From: Octopus vulgaris
Taxonomy: Eukaryota
Assembly: GCA_951406725.2 (NCBI GenBank)
Contig: OX597822.1
Coordinates: 72,478,001 to 72,542,000 of the forward strand
DNA: 64,000 bases
Direction of reading: 5' to 3'
This document shows positions 1 to 14,307 of the stretch, piece after piece. The stretch's first letter is position 1. Each line of letters starts with the position of its first letter. The notes under the pieces were generated by a model. The model did no database searches. It saw only the letters and a program-made list of their open reading frames with translations, and had not been told where the DNA came from. Position numbers and translations under genes: made by a program.

Positions 1-9
1 TATAAACAT

Positions 10-41
<32 letters not shown>

Positions 42-83
42 GTGTGTGTGTGTGTGAGTGTTTATAAATAGGTCGTAAATATT

Positions 84-1325
84 CTTTTCTACTTTAGGCA
101 CGAGGCATGACATTTTGGGAGAATGGACCAGTCGATTAGATCGACTCTAGTACACAACTGGTACTTAATTTATCGCTCTCGAAAGGATGAAAGGCAAAGT
201 CGACCTCGGCGGAATTTGAACTCAGAACGTAAGTACAGATGAAATATCGCTATGCATTTCGCCCGGCGTGCTAAAGTTACTTATTTCTTTACTGCCCACA
301 AGGGGTTACACACAGAGGGGACAAACAAGGACAGACAATCGACTAATCCCCTCTCCCAAAATTTCAGATGTTGTGTCTATAGTAGAAAACATTATTTTAA
401 GGCAGCGAGTTGGCTAAAACGTTATCACGCTAGACGATATGCTTAGCGGTATTTCGTCTGCCGCTACTTTCTAAGTTCTAATTTCGCCGAGGTCGACTTT
501 GCCTTTCATCCTTTCGGGGTCGATTAAATAAGTACCAGTTACGCACTGGAGTCGATATAATCGACTTTATCCGTTTGTCTGTCCTTGTTTGTCCGCTCTG
601 TGCTTAGCCCCTTGTGGGTAGTAAAGAAATAGATATTTCGTCTGTCAAAAGGCGGCGAGCTGGCAGAAACATTAGCCCGCCGGGCGAAATGCGTAGCCGT
701 ATTTCGTCTGCCGTAACGTTCTGAGTTCAAATTCTGCCGAGCTCGACTTTGCCTTTCATCCTTTCGGGGTCGATAAATTAAGTACCAGTTACGCATTGGG
801 GTCGATGTAATCGACTTAATCCGTTTGTCTGTCCTTGTTCGTCCCCTCTGTGTTTAGCCCCTTGTTGGTAGTAAAGAAATAGATATTTCGTCTGCCGTTC
901 AAATACCGCCGAGGTCGACTTTGTCTTTCATCCTTTCGGGGTAGAGAAATTAAGTACCGGTTGCCTACTGGGTCAATGTAATCGACTGGCCCCCTTCCCA
1001 CAAAATTTCGGGTTTTGTGCCTAGAGTAGAAAATATACTCATCATATTCTCAGATTCTCACAACTTTGAAATAGTTGACGTAAAAGAGGGAACACATTTA
1101 TAAGAATCGTTTCTATTCTAGGCACAAAGCCCGAATTTTTTTAGGGAGCGGGGGGTAGTTGATTACATCGGCTCCAGTACGCAACTGGTACTTAATTTAT
1201 TGAGGCGACAGGATGAAAGGTAAAGTCGACCTCGGCGGGATTTGAACTCGGAACGTAAAGATAGATGAAATAACGCTAAGCATTTCGCCCAGCGTTCTAA
1301 CGTTCCTACCAACTTGCCATCTTTA
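84..1325. mobile_element. Cluster of tRNA-derived SINE family A copies (both orientations, tandem bodies at 399-1033)
   Basis: Repeated head GGCGGCGAGCTGGCAGAA...GAGTTCAAATTC (A/B-box-like) and core CCGAGGTCGACTTTGCCTTTCATCCTTTCGGGGTCGATAAATTAAGTACCAG, seen more than 15 times in the window; the core resembles the MetaSINE-type central domain (from memory). Confidence 0.85.
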
Positions 1326-1449
1326 ACACACTTGTAAGAATGCTAGAGAAAAATAATACTTTCTGGTGGTACCCCTTTACAAATTTACTTTCTTCCCGAA
1401 GACTCATAGCATACCCTGTTTCAACAGCTCTAATAGCCACTGTACTTCT

Positions 1450-1993
1450 ACTTGTTTCCATCATTTGATTGCGGCCATGCTGGAGTATCGCTATAAAGTG
1501 TTTTATAGTGGAACAAATCGATCCCAGAATATTCTTTGTAAGCCTAATACTTCCTCTATCGCTTGTTTTGCCGAACCGCTAAGTTACGGATACGTATATA
1601 CACCAACGTCTATTGTCAAGCGATAATGGGGTGGGCGACAAACAGCCATAAAGACACACACATACACACACACACACACATACGATGAACTTCTTTCAGT
1701 TTCCGTCTAAATCCACTGTCCAGAGTGCCACCCAGTGGGACTGAACTCGGAATCATGTGGTTGGGAAGCAAGCTTCTTACTGTGGCCATGCTGGCACACT
1801 GTCTCGAGAAGTGCTTAAAGTTGAACAGACCGACCTCACTACTTATTGAATTCTTATATTGTAGGTATGTCTAGTGCCCATTGTAACGGTTTCTTTGGAG
1901 AAAGATCAAGTTACGAGTACGTAAACAAACCGATACCGGCTGTGAAGCGGTGGAAGAAACAAACACAGGCACAAGGACACACAACAAACGTCG

Positions 1994-2024
<31 letters not shown>

Positions 2025-2330
2025 CAAATATATATATAGTTGAAATTTACAGAAAAACAAACGACGAAGACAGGTGTATGAACGACAAGTAGGTGTATAA
2101 GTTTGACACTGGAGAAAGTGAGAAAGTCTTTGACGTTTCGAGCCTCCGCTCTTCAATATATATGTATGGCAAATTTTCAAAAGTTTCCATCTACCAAATG
2201 CACGCACAACACATTAGTCGGCCCGAGTCTATTGTTGAAAACGTTTGACCAAAGTATCACGCTGAAGAACTGAACCCAAAGACTCGTGGTCGCATGCTAT
2301 CTACTTAACCATATAGCCATGTCTGCGTTT
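1450..2330 (-). mobile_element. Two decayed copies of SINE family B
   Basis: Diverged matches to the full copy at 24790-25184 (GCCGAACCGCTAAGTTACGG, GGCCATGCTGG, GTGGGACTGAAC). Confidence 0.7.
2040..2156 (-). mobile_element. Penelope-like pLTR fragment with 5'-truncated hammerhead
   Basis: Minus strand TTGAA-GAGC-GGAG-GCTC-GAAA-CG-TC-AAAG (stem II, GAAA, palindromic stem III, GUC); flanked by (TA)n on both sides. Confidence 0.55.
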
Positions 2331-2615
2331 ATGATGATTAGTGCCAGATGCAAGTTACCTATTCGAAGAATGGTAAGGAAATATATTTTCCAAAGTTATT
2401 AGCAACATTAGTTTTACAACCGGCTAAAACGGTTATCTAAAAGAATATTTATTTCTAAATTTAGCGTATGGTCTCAATTTGTTTGTTAGATGAGACATGA
2501 TTTATGAAGTTCGTGCCTAATTGAGGAGAGTTAGCGGCCTAAGTGAAGCGACTTGTACCATTCTACCTCATAGCACAATACATAAAGCACACTAATACAC
2601 CACAACAAACGCACT

Positions 2616-2740
<125 letters not shown>

Positions 2741-5051
2741 CTCTTTGTGTGTGCATGTATGTATATACTCATATTCACGCCCACATATATAACAATTTTT
2801 ATGTTTATCTCTACCACTTTCTAGCTATATGCTCGGTTCCTTATTCGCTCTCTATCCCTGCTCTTTTTCCCTTCCTACATTTCTTTCTCTGTATCTCCTC
2901 TTCATAACATAAAAAAGACAACGGGAGATATGGAGAATAAAGTACGATACAATTTGGCAGTTTCTCAGAAAGTTTGCTTCATGATCAAAGAATGGTTTAT
3001 TTTGTAGACGATACAATTGCAAGTATTATGAGAAAACACGCCAACATTCTTCTTATTATCTTCAAATATTTCTATGAATTTTTCGTTAATTGGATATGGT
3101 ATATGCAGTATAAATATTGACTGATAGTGTGTTTCTCTTTATTTCAGACTCCTGTTTCTACTGTTTGTTAGCATTAGTTATTTCTGATAGAGCAGATTTA
3201 TAGCAGAAGATAAGAGGATTCAAATATTTCTATGCAGACCAAACAGAAATAAAAGGCGTCTGATAAAATTAAACATTTGAACAGACACCATTACATTGAA
3301 TCGCCAGCTATTTTATCAATTCTAATAAAATTTGAAATCAGAACTGCTACAATTTAGAGAATCGATTGACCAGTTAGTAAACATATGTCCATCAGCTACT
3401 GGCCTGTACATCAATAATGGAATATTATTATATATGTGTGTTGCTATCACATAAATAACAACTTAGCTGTCTTCCCATGGAGTTAAAGTAACTCCCTAAT
3501 TTGTATAATTAGAATAACGCAACCAGAAATATGTTCCATGAAATTTGCATAAAAGTAATAGTTAAGCGTTTGTCTGAGGGGTTATATCCTACTGTCTGGA
3601 TTACCTATAGTCTTTCTACTGTTTCCAATAAGAAGCATTCTATTTACTGGAGAAATCATTGTGCAAACAACAACAACAACAAAATTATAAAGGAAGAAAC
3701 GAAACACTGCACACCCGATACACACAAAAGCAATTTTTCACTCTCATACGAAATTTTACATCGATGGCATTGCTGAAACCGGATTACAAATAGCCGGATT
3801 TGACGTGTTCTAATGTATGTATTTACAGAAAAAACATCACCCAGTTAGCATAATATCAGTGACTTTTATCTTTGGGTTATGACTTGTTAACCTGACATAT
3901 GTTGTCAGTTTACACGGCGTATGAATTTAATTGAATGTGACGTCATGTTAATAGGTTATATGAGTTGTACATAGATGCACTCTTATTTGCTTTATATTAT
4001 ACTAATCATTGCGATTTCATAAATACACATAGCAAAAAACCACTTCACAGTATGCGGTCCCAGACAGCAAATACAGCAGTTTAGCAAATATTTTTAAAAT
4101 ATAGAATTTAACCCAAATTATATTATTCCACTATGGCTTGTTTCCAAATATTTGATTTTCAATGAGTGTCTTTAGCTTCTGACGATAAGAAATTTTATTA
4201 TTTGGCACAGAGAAAGCAAAGAAAATCAGTTTTGCATTTTAATTCTTTCGTTAAGATTTATCAATGTAACTTCGTTTGTTATATAGTCTATGTATTGCCA
4301 AAGTGTCTTTAATCGTATCCAAGTAACATTCTCTCATTAACAGTAGCAGATGTGTCCAGAAAATACCGAGAAAATTTATTTCAAGTTATACGAACTTACA
4401 GACAATAAAACACCTTTGTAGAAATATATAGGGAATTATTTAAGTTTTATCTTGCTGCATTCAAATATTGATTTATCATATTGACTCAAGACTAAATATT
4501 CATTGGTGAGAAGTAAAGTAAACCATCAGTACATTAAATGATGCCAGTTGTGTTGACTTCCTAAAAGTAGCGGCCAACGACATTATTACCCTGAAAGCAA
4601 AGACGTGTGACAGTAGACGTTCTGTACTAAAACTGAGCATAGTGTTAAAATGTATTGCTATTATCTCTTCTTAAAAAGCAACAACAGATGTTGATTTCTA
4701 TTCAAATTACCAACTTGACTAATAAATGGAATTTGAACTATGGTTTCCTTTCTTTTCCTTGCGACGTAGCGCCACATATAAATTGAATTTATCCTCAAAT
4801 TAAATCTACAATGAGGTTTTCGTTCCTTTAGATGCCTATCTGAATTTCTAGCGATGTTGTCACGTTAAAAAGTGGAAATAAATTTCCGTCGAAAACTCAT
4901 GTTTCGAAGGCAATGACTTGATATCAACGGTATCGACTCAGTGTATCGTTGTTATATTCTGCCATGATTCCAAATCGATTAAAGATAAATTATACATTGG
5001 TGAGAGTTGAAATGTAGAAGATTGAAGCTAACTGTTACAAACCATATATTC

Positions 5052-5103
<52 letters not shown>

Positions 5104-5240
5104 GATATGATCGTCATTGATGTATAGGATAACAAATCAGAAACATTTCTTGTTTTTGTGAGTGTAATAGGGTTGGCTAAAGTCGCACAGCGTCTTATTA
5201 AAGACATCGGTATATTTAGTGTTCAGAATCACTATGGTCG

Positions 5241-5600
<360 letters not shown>

Positions 5601-5699
5601 AACCGGCGAACTGGCAGAATCGTTAGCATGCCGGGCGAAATGATTAGCAGCATGCCGTCCGTCTCTACGTTCTGCGTTGAAACTCCACCGGTGTCGACA

Positions 5700-5822
5700 A
5701 ACAAATCAGTGGTATTGAGCAGAATATTTGATGTCACGCATCTGTTACAAAACATGTATGTTAACACTTTAGTTAAAATGTTTCAATTGAGATTAGAAGT
5801 CATGAGAGCCACTGCCTGGTGT
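5700..5822 (-). mobile_element. Diverged fragment of the element at 37744-38295
   Basis: GTGGTATTGAGCAGAATATTTG and CATGAGAGC(C/A)ACTGCCTGGT are shared with 38169-38282. Confidence 0.75.
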
Positions 5823-6800
5823 ATGCATGTATGTATGTATGTATGTATGTATGTATGTATGTATGTATGTATGTATGTATGTATGTATGTATGTATATAT
5901 GTATGTATGTATGTATGCATGTATGTATGTATGTGCGTATATATGTATGTGTGTATGTATATATGTGTGTATGTATATATGTATGTATATGTATGTATGT
6001 GTGTATGTATGTATATGTATGTGTGTATGTATGTATGTATGTATATATGTATGTGTATATGTATGTATGTATATATGTATGTGTGTATGTATGTATGTAT
6101 ATATGTATGTGTGTATGTATGTATTTCTTAGCTATATATCTATCTATCTATCTATCTACCTATGTGAACCCATGGAAAATGAACCTCCACCAACTATTCT
6201 GCCTATATATATGTGCACACTTTTCAATGCGATGTATGCCAGAAGGTTTGCAGATCCAACGGAGTCTTCAAAAGACATTTTAAGATCGACTACGAGCAGA
6301 ACTTATCTGCAGGTCTTGGTGGTCCAAATCAGATATGCAATCTATGTAGATGTGTCTTTTCAAAACATCGTCTTGTTTAAAAAGCTATATATCAGATGCC
6401 ATGATGGTTATAAGGTGTAGGTACAGGAGGTAGTCAAACTCTGCATAAGGAGTAGACAACCACCCACTATGTATGTATGTATGTATGTATGTATGTATGT
6501 ATGTATGTATGTATGTATGTATGTATGTATGTATGTAGGCAGGTATGTATTTATGAATGTATGTATGCATGCATGTATGTATATATGTATTTATGTCTGC
6601 GTGCATGTATGTTTGTGTGTATGTATGTATCCATGCATGCATGTATGTTCGTATTTATGTATGCATGTATGTTAATATGTATATATGTATGAATGCGTGT
6701 ATGCATGTAGGTATATACGTACTTATGTTTGCATGCATGTATGTTAGTATGTATGTATGTTTGTGTGTATGTGTATGTGTGTGTGTGTGTATATGTGTGT
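5822..6800. repeat. (TATG)n microsatellite blocks
   Basis: Direct reading; interrupted by the 6160-6468 insert. Confidence 0.95.
6160..6468 (+). mobile_element. Probable LINE 3' end (RTE-like) encoding two decayed C2H2 zinc-finger motifs, with (TATG)n tail
   Basis: Translation FQCDVCQKVCRSNGVFKRHFKI..., then ICNLCRCVF/KTSSCLKSY/IRCH with two small indels; a short UTR runs straight into (TATG)n. Confidence 0.5.
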
Positions 6801-7561
6801 ATATTACTCGGCAATTGAATAGTTTTTACTAGAAATATGACTAAAAATTGAATTTCAGTAAAAGTCTATAGTATTTGTCGTCCACTGGTGTGTGAATGGA
6901 AATTAAATCAAAATACTCTTTGTAGACGCTTCTTGTCTCATTTAAACAATAATCTTTTTCATAACAGAAAATATTTTCCATTGCCTATTTTTAAGCTTTG
7001 AAGTATTAGATCTCCGTACATATTCTATTCTGTCTGAGAAACGACTATTATACGCCGCTGCGTTATAATGAGATAGAAATTCATATAATGATTAATGTTA
7101 GAAATGAAATTACATAAAACATGTGATGAGCAGTTGAAACTACTCATCGCATTTCTTTGAAATATTTTCTAGTTTTATGGTAACGACTAAATATATTTGT
7201 ATCTAAACTTAGATATACACGTTAAAGGAAATAAAACATTAATTACAGTAATATTGTATACATTTAATAATTAAGCCTGCCTCACTAACTACTTTAATCA
7301 TATCTTTCCTAAACCTGGCTGGTCTATACATATTGTACTGAAGTCCGTAGTCTCTATAAAGTCCGCTTATTAGAGAAATGTTTTACGCCAGATATCTACA
7401 ACGTTTATTTCTGTGATCTTGTATAGTTGAACTTAGGCTTTCTGCTCAAAATAATGTCAAACAATTTGCTTTTCTTAGTTTTAATTTTTTCTGATCTATG
7501 TGGAATTATTAAACACAAAAGGGAAGATGTATAGCATAACATTTTTCTTAGATACGTATAG

Positions 7562-7748
<187 letters not shown>

Positions 7749-7749
<1 letters not shown>

Positions 7750-9043
7750 GGGGGACGTTCAATAAGTAATGCCCCTGACACACTTGCAGTTGTTTGATCT
7801 AGCTGAAATTTTGCATGTGCAATTATTTATATCTCCATAGATTAAGTGGCAAATTACAGTTCTGAACTAATTGTGTTTTCTGATTTACAGGTGTTTGAAC
7901 TGAGTCAAGTGTGAAATGGAGCCTGTTGAGTGTCGAGCAGTGATCCGGTTTTTGTATTTGAAAGGACGCACACCACGGGAGACTTTTGATGAAATGAAAG
8001 TAACTTATGGTGATGATGCCCCATCACATGACCTTGTAAAACGCTGGCATCATGAATTCAAACATGGTCGGAACTCTGTGGAAACAGCTCCTAGATCTGG
8101 TCACCCCCACCTTCTGCCATTGATGAGGCATCTGTCCGTCAGGTTGAGGCTGCCATTCTGGAAGATCGACGCATAACTATTCGCCAAATAGCCCATGAGG
8201 TCAAGATTAGTACCGAGTCTGTGGAAACTATCATTCATGACCATTTGCATATGCAAAAGGTGTCTGCCAGATGGATTCCCAGGTTGCTCACACCTTTCCA
8301 GAAGCAAGAACGCGTCGATTGCTCGAGGATGAATTTGGAGATGTGCCAATAAGATGAATCAAAATTTTTCAAAAGACTGATTACACAGGATGAAACCTGA
8401 GTCAATCACTATGATCCAGAGACCAAAGCCCAATCAATGCAGTGGAAGCACCCTGACTCACCTCCTCCAAAGAAGGCAAGAGTGCAGCCCTCCGCTGGCA
8501 AGGACATGCTCACAGTCTTCTGGGATCAGGACGGTGTAGTGATGACAGATTTCCTGGCAAAGGGTACCGCAATTACAGGAGCCTATTATGCTTCACTTTT
8601 GAGGAAATTAAGAGAAACTATCAAAATAAAGAGGCGGGGCAAGATCAGCAAAGGCATCCTCCTCCTGCCGGACAACGCTCCGGTTCACAACTCGGGTGTC
8701 GCAAGATCAGAAGCACAGGCGTGCGGCTATGAACTCCTCCACCATCCCCCCAACTCTCCTGACCTTGCACCCTCTGATTTTCACCTCTTCCCAGTCATGA
8801 AGTTGTTTTTGAAAGGAAAGCGCTTCCCAGATGATGCAGCCTTGATTTCTGAAGTTACGTCGTGGTTGGAGGACCAAGCTGGGGTCTTCTACAAAAACGG
8901 TCTCCAGAGCTGCATCAAACGATGGGACAAATGCGTAACTCTGGGTGGTTCCTATGTAAAAAAAAACTAATAACTGTGCCAAGTTTCGTTGCTCTACTGC
9001 TATGGGAAGTGGGCCAGAGGCATTACTTATTGAACGCCCCTCG
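7749..9043 (+). mobile_element. Full-length mariner (DD34D) DNA transposon, inactive
   Basis: About 1.3 kb; TIRs CGGGGGACGTTCAATAAGTAATGCC / GGCATTACTTATTGAACGCCCCTCG; TA at right end (CA at left); inserted in a (TA)n tract. Confidence 0.95.
7916..8970 (+). pseudogene. Mariner transposase pseudogene
   Basis: MEPVECRAVIRFL N-terminus, WIPRLL (WVPHEL-like), [28 protein letters not shown]; frameshift near 8105 and two in-frame stops near 8349 and 8398. Confidence 0.93.
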
Positions 9044-9069
9044 TATGTATATATGTGTATATATATATG

Positions 9070-9120
<51 letters not shown>

Positions 9121-9184
9121 TATATATATGTGTATATATATATAAGTATATATATATATGTGTATATATATATATAAGTATATA

Positions 9185-9243
<59 letters not shown>

Positions 9244-9267
9244 GTATATATATATGTATATATATAT
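9044..9267. repeat. (TA)n-rich microsatellite
   Basis: Direct reading. Confidence 0.95.
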
Positions 9268-9556
9268 TGTTTATCCCATAAGAAACATTAAAAAGGCGTG
9301 AATTACTTCGTTTTTTTGGTGGAACTCGTAAAACTATAAATAATAGTGTGTAAACATTGAGGTAAAAAGTCACTTAAGATTTAAAAAAAAACTCTTAGGC
9401 TGACCGTGAGACTATAAATCACATATTCAGTAAATACAAATGGAGTTGTTAAATTTGGAAAAGAGGGCATTAATCTATTTAGTGAAATAGGCTTTTGTAC
9501 CACTGTTGAATACCAGCTTTACTGTATGTAGTGGTCTGCAAATTATTTGCAATATA

Positions 9557-11079
9557 AACTGAACCACAAAAAAACTTCGCACACACACTAAATAGAAATC
9601 GGCTTATTAACAGACTGCCATAGCATTGTTAGAAAATGCTATTTAAGAAAGTGTTCTTTCTTAACGATAATACGTCATTTCTTAAAAGATGTTTGACGGC
9701 ATATGGTGTCATATGATGACGGAGTGTCCTGGTTCCAAAGAGATGAACTCAATATCTTGTGTGACCACCATTAGCGTCGATTACCGCCTGGCATCTACTG
9801 CACATTAAATGCACCAAACGATTGATGAAGGCCATGGGGATAGCAGTCCACACTCTGTTAAAACTTGCAGTGAGTTGTGCCGCAGTTGTCGGCCTTTAGA
9901 CGGATGTCATTTAGCCTTCTTTGTATTTCGTCCTACAGGTGCTCTATGGGGTTCAAGTTAGGACTTAAGGCAAGCTTAGGCAGTGTCTTGATGTTGTGCT
10001 ATTGGAGGAAGTCTGTTGTTAACCTGGCAGTATGGGCACGGCCGTTGTCGTGTTGGAACACATGATTCCGATGACAGCCAAAGTATGATACAATGTGAGG
10101 CCTCAACACTTGGTCGAAGTAGCGAGCAGTGGTTACTCCATTGGCACGGCCTTAGTCGATAATTTGGAAGACCACCGGTCCAAGTTTCTGGTTGAGTGTA
10201 ATCCTGTCCCACACCATAATGCCCTGTCCTCCCCATAAGTCTCTCGCCACCACACAGCCATCGGTATGACGTTCACCGTTTTTCTCCAAGCCTGAGCTCT
10301 GCCATCTGCCACACAAAATGTAATATCGACTTTCGTTAGAGAAGACTACAGTCCTCCACTGCTGATATCACCAATCCTCACATTTTTCAGCTCACTGCAG
10401 ACTTGCCCGTCGGTGACGATCTGTAAGGATGGGGTCCCTAGCCGGACGTTGACGAGACAGATTGAAAATCTCAGCCGACGACGAACTGTCTTCGCACAAA
10501 TGCGTCTGTGGTGAGTCCCTATGGTCTGCCTTGCTGATTCCGTTGCTCTCCGGAATCGGTCCTGCAAGTGCTGTCGGTGCAGGTGGAGATCTTGACGTAC
10601 CGTTGTAACCCTTGGGCGGCCACTGCGTGGATGATCATCCATGCTGTTTTTGGCATTGTATCGTTCCTTCAGCCGCTCAGCTGTCCAAATACTTCAGTTC
10701 AAGTCATTAGCAATGACTGATGTATGTTTACCAGCATGGAGACATCCGATGGCTTGCTCTCTCTGATTTCGTCTGAGCCTTGGTATACTTGCTCCGTTCG
10801 GAAGACGAATGACAGATTGGGTGCCTTTTATACTCAACGAGACAGTATTTTGCACATGCGTCATGCTTTTCATAAAAATGTGTTCGCAAGCATTACCGTG
10901 TTCACGAGTTCGAACCCTACAGGCAATCCTTGTGTTTTCAAAAGAGAGTTGCGTTGTGGGTCACTGACATCTCCCTGATGTCAAAATACCAACAAAATGA
11001 GATAAAATCCATATAATTGCAATATTGTGTGTGAAACAAATAACCTTTTACAGTGCGGCGTTTCTTTTGTAGTTCAGTA
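9557..11079 (-). mobile_element. Full-length Tc1-like (DD34E) transposon, inactive
   Basis: Imperfect TIRs AACTGAACCACAAAAAAACTTCGCAC / GTGCGGCGTTTCTTTTGTAGTTCAGTA, TA on both sides; about 1.5 kb. Confidence 0.88.
9745..10760 (-). pseudogene. Tc1/Tc3-type transposase pseudogene
   Basis: DDHPRSGRPRVTT, TVRRRLR, VFSNESRY, VFQHDNGRAHTARLTTDFL, LSPNLNPIEHL*DEI; several frameshifts and stops; ends approximate. Confidence 0.88.
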
Positions 11080-11839
11080 TAAATACAAATAGATTTAACC
11101 CTTTCTGTAAGCTTACAAGAAATTAATTTGCACGCAAAAAAACAAAAAATAATTTTAACCGTTCATCAAATATTTTATACAATTTAATTCCTAACATTAG
11201 TAAATTCATATCACCACTATCTTCAAAGGAACCTTCGTTTAGTTCATTGCTGTAATGCAACTCTCCGTAATCGTGGCTTCTCAGAGAAATTAAAATTACT
11301 ACCTAAATCTAATATTCTAAAGTGTAAAAAAGGCAGAGGAGTCTATTCATTCATGTTTTTGTTATAAAAAAGCAATACATATCTAAATTGTTAGAACTCT
11401 AAAGAGTTTCTTACTTTAATTTCCTCTCACATCACAGCAAATAACAATGTCCACGAAATGTTTATCGAAAATTGGATTAAGTTTAGCTGTCCGTCCCGTA
11501 AAAACGCTTTTTATGTTCCATTAGTAATTACAATGTTAAATTACTTTGTAATACAAGTAGTTTCTTCCCATTTTACAAATACTTGTAAATGTACATAATC
11601 GTAATAGTTGTCAGTTTGATGATAATTATCCAATCAATACGTCAACATGTCTACCTCGCGCCTACAAGCTCATAATACCGTTATATTTTCGGATTTTCAA
11701 GGCCTTTAGATTGAGAGTACAAGATTGCCCATGAACGAGACACCAATCTGTTCCAAAGTGAACACCCTGTACCAAATGATATTCATTTTAAAATGCGTGT
11801 ACTGAAGTAACGTTAAATGAAATGCTTTGTCAAGACCTA

Positions 11840-13128
11840 ACCATTGTGAGAACAAACATCTTAACAACACAGCCTCTATCTCTGATTCCCAACACGGCTT
11901 CGAGCCGAAGAGATCATGCTTGACCAGCTTACTGGTAATGGAAGAAATTGTGACGCGTATCCTGGATGATGGTGATGCTGTTGACATCGTTTTATTGGAC
12001 TTTGCCAAAGCTTTTGACTCGGTAAAACACCGCCTATTACTTGTCAAGCTTCAAGCATATAGTTTCCATCCAGATATTGTACGATGGGTTGGTGCCTTCC
12101 TCTCAGATCGCTACTTCCAAGTCCAAGTTAATGGTTCACTGTCCGACGTCTCCAGTGCGAGCAGTGGCGTGCCTCAAGGTTCAGTGCTTAGGCTCTTATT
12201 GTTCTTAGTCTTCATAAATGACTTGCCCGACGACCTCACGCAAAAACCTTTCTATTTGCCGATGATGTCAAACTGGTCGCTCCTCGCGGTGATATAGATG
12301 ATCTTCGTCGATGCCTCCACCAATTTTGGAGATGGTCTAACGAATGGGATCTGTGTCTGAACGTGTCAAAGTGTAGTTATCTGCCTATTGGCTCTTCTCC
12401 TGCAACTCAACTTGATTTCGAGCCGGGTCGTCTGCTTCTGGAGAGGACCGACCAGGTAAAGGACCTGGGTATCTTGGTGGATTCTTCCTTTTCACCTTCG
12501 GCCCAGTGCGTCCATGCTGCCAACAAAGCACGCAGAGTTCTGTTTTTGATTTGACGGTCATTCGGAATGCTCACAGCAGCCATATTCCTACCTCTCTATG
12601 TCACGCTGGTGAGACCCATATTGGAGTACGGGATTCAAGCCTCTTCTCCTTATCTCCTCAAAGACATACATCATCTTGAAAGAGTCCAGAAGCTGGCTAC
12701 CCGCATGGTTCTTGGTCTCAAGCATTTGTCTTATGAAGAAAGGCTGAAGTCGCTTGACCTTTATTCTCTAGAAAAACGACGACGACGTGGTGATCTCATT
12801 CTTGCTCACAACATCATAAGAGGAAAGTGTAACCTCTCGAAAGAGCTGTTCTTCACTCCTGCTCCAGAGTGTCGGCTACGGGGTCACTTCGAAAAGCTCT
12901 ATCTGCGACGATTTCATCTCAATCGAAGGAGAGGTCCGGGTTGCGGATCCGTGGAATAAGCTGCCGGCCGAGATAGTGAAGATGCCGACGACTGCTCTGT
13001 TCAAAGTCTCTCTTGACCAGAAATGGCCTGAACTCTTTGCATGAACACCACCCTGTACATAACTCCATGTTCCCCTACATGGCCTTGCTTTTTGCTTTTT
13101 GAGCCAAAAAATTAACTTAACTTAACTA
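11840..13128 (+). mobile_element. 5'-truncated CR1/L2-group LINE (RT and C-terminus, 3' UTR, short tandem tail)
   Basis: QHGF..RSCLTSLL, DIVLLDFAKAFDSV, SGVPQGSVL, (F)ADD across a frameshift, KDLGILVD, LVRPILEYG, LERVQKLATR, RRRGDLI; tail (TTAAC)n. Confidence 0.92.
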
Positions 13129-13371
13129 AGTCACAAACACCGAGATGCTATTTGGACATCGTGGCAAAATATACGTGGATAACAATTGTACGTCATAAGT
13201 GTATATTAGATGAATCAAACATTGATTTAATGCTCATCTACAGCGGCAAAATTAGTTTTAGTAACTTGTACTGGAAATGTGTGACAGTCCCCTCTATGTT
13301 CTTGTGACAACCCAATTCTTATATGCTAGAAGCGAAAAGAAAGCAAAACATTCTATTAGCGGTTCTAGAAA

Positions 13372-13640
13372 AAGACCGTGGCTTAGTTGTTAGGATGTTG
13401 TATTCATGATCCCAATATTGTGGTTTCGATTCCTAGACTGGTCGATGCTTAATGTTCTTGAGCAATACACTTCATTCAACGTTGCTCTATGATGAATTTG
13501 GCGTGCATATCTGGAGAGTGTTGATTTGAGGGAGAGTATTATCTTACGTACAGCACAAACATTTAGTCAGTGTAAAGAAATCGTCTGTGCAGGTTATTCA
13601 TCAGGATATTGCCGAGCCCTTACCAATTGTTAATGATAGG
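13372..13640 (+). mobile_element. Highly diverged tRNA-derived SINE (family C-like)
   Basis: GTGGCTTAGTTGTTAG...GGTTTCGATTCC...TGTTCTTGAGCAATACACTTCATT..CGTTGCTC matches 30966-31080. Confidence 0.55.
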
Positions 13641-14307
13641 AGAGACCACTAACTGAGGCTCTAATCAATCACTAATATATCACTAAATCGATACAAATAT
13701 GTCCGGTAATTAGATAATCCATCATTCCTTGAGTAATCAATCACGAAGTTAGTGAAGACTAAAACATATTCCACTTCAGAACATAGACTTTTCATTGAAT
13801 ATTGCAAGAATTTGAATTTCTCCATGACCTGTATACCATTCTACCACGCTTCTTTGAATTTCATGTCATCGGAATATTCACGATTGTCTTCCTCACACTT
13901 CACGCTTAATCAGTTTCTATATTGAAGGTTATTATATACATAACCACACTCTGAAACAGATTTCTAAGACGTGAGTTACGCGAGCAGCATACTCGTTTGC
14001 AATCAGCTGTTAAAAGCAATTAATGAACTTACAAGAAATTAATTTGCACGCAAAAAGTTAAAACTACACGTTGATTAATGATTATATTTATACATTCTGT
14101 AAGCGTAACGTGATTGTCACAAGAAATATTTTGCACAACATAAACGTTTTTCCACACGTTGTAGGGGGTTGGTGTAATTGATCTTATAGTGACGTGAAAC
14201 AGAGGTTCTTGATACGGGACAATCGGAAAGTAGACTTGGCTGCCTTTAGCTTGGTCATACTAGTTTATAGAGATATACAAGGTGGGCGATATTACTGCTA
14301 TCTACAT

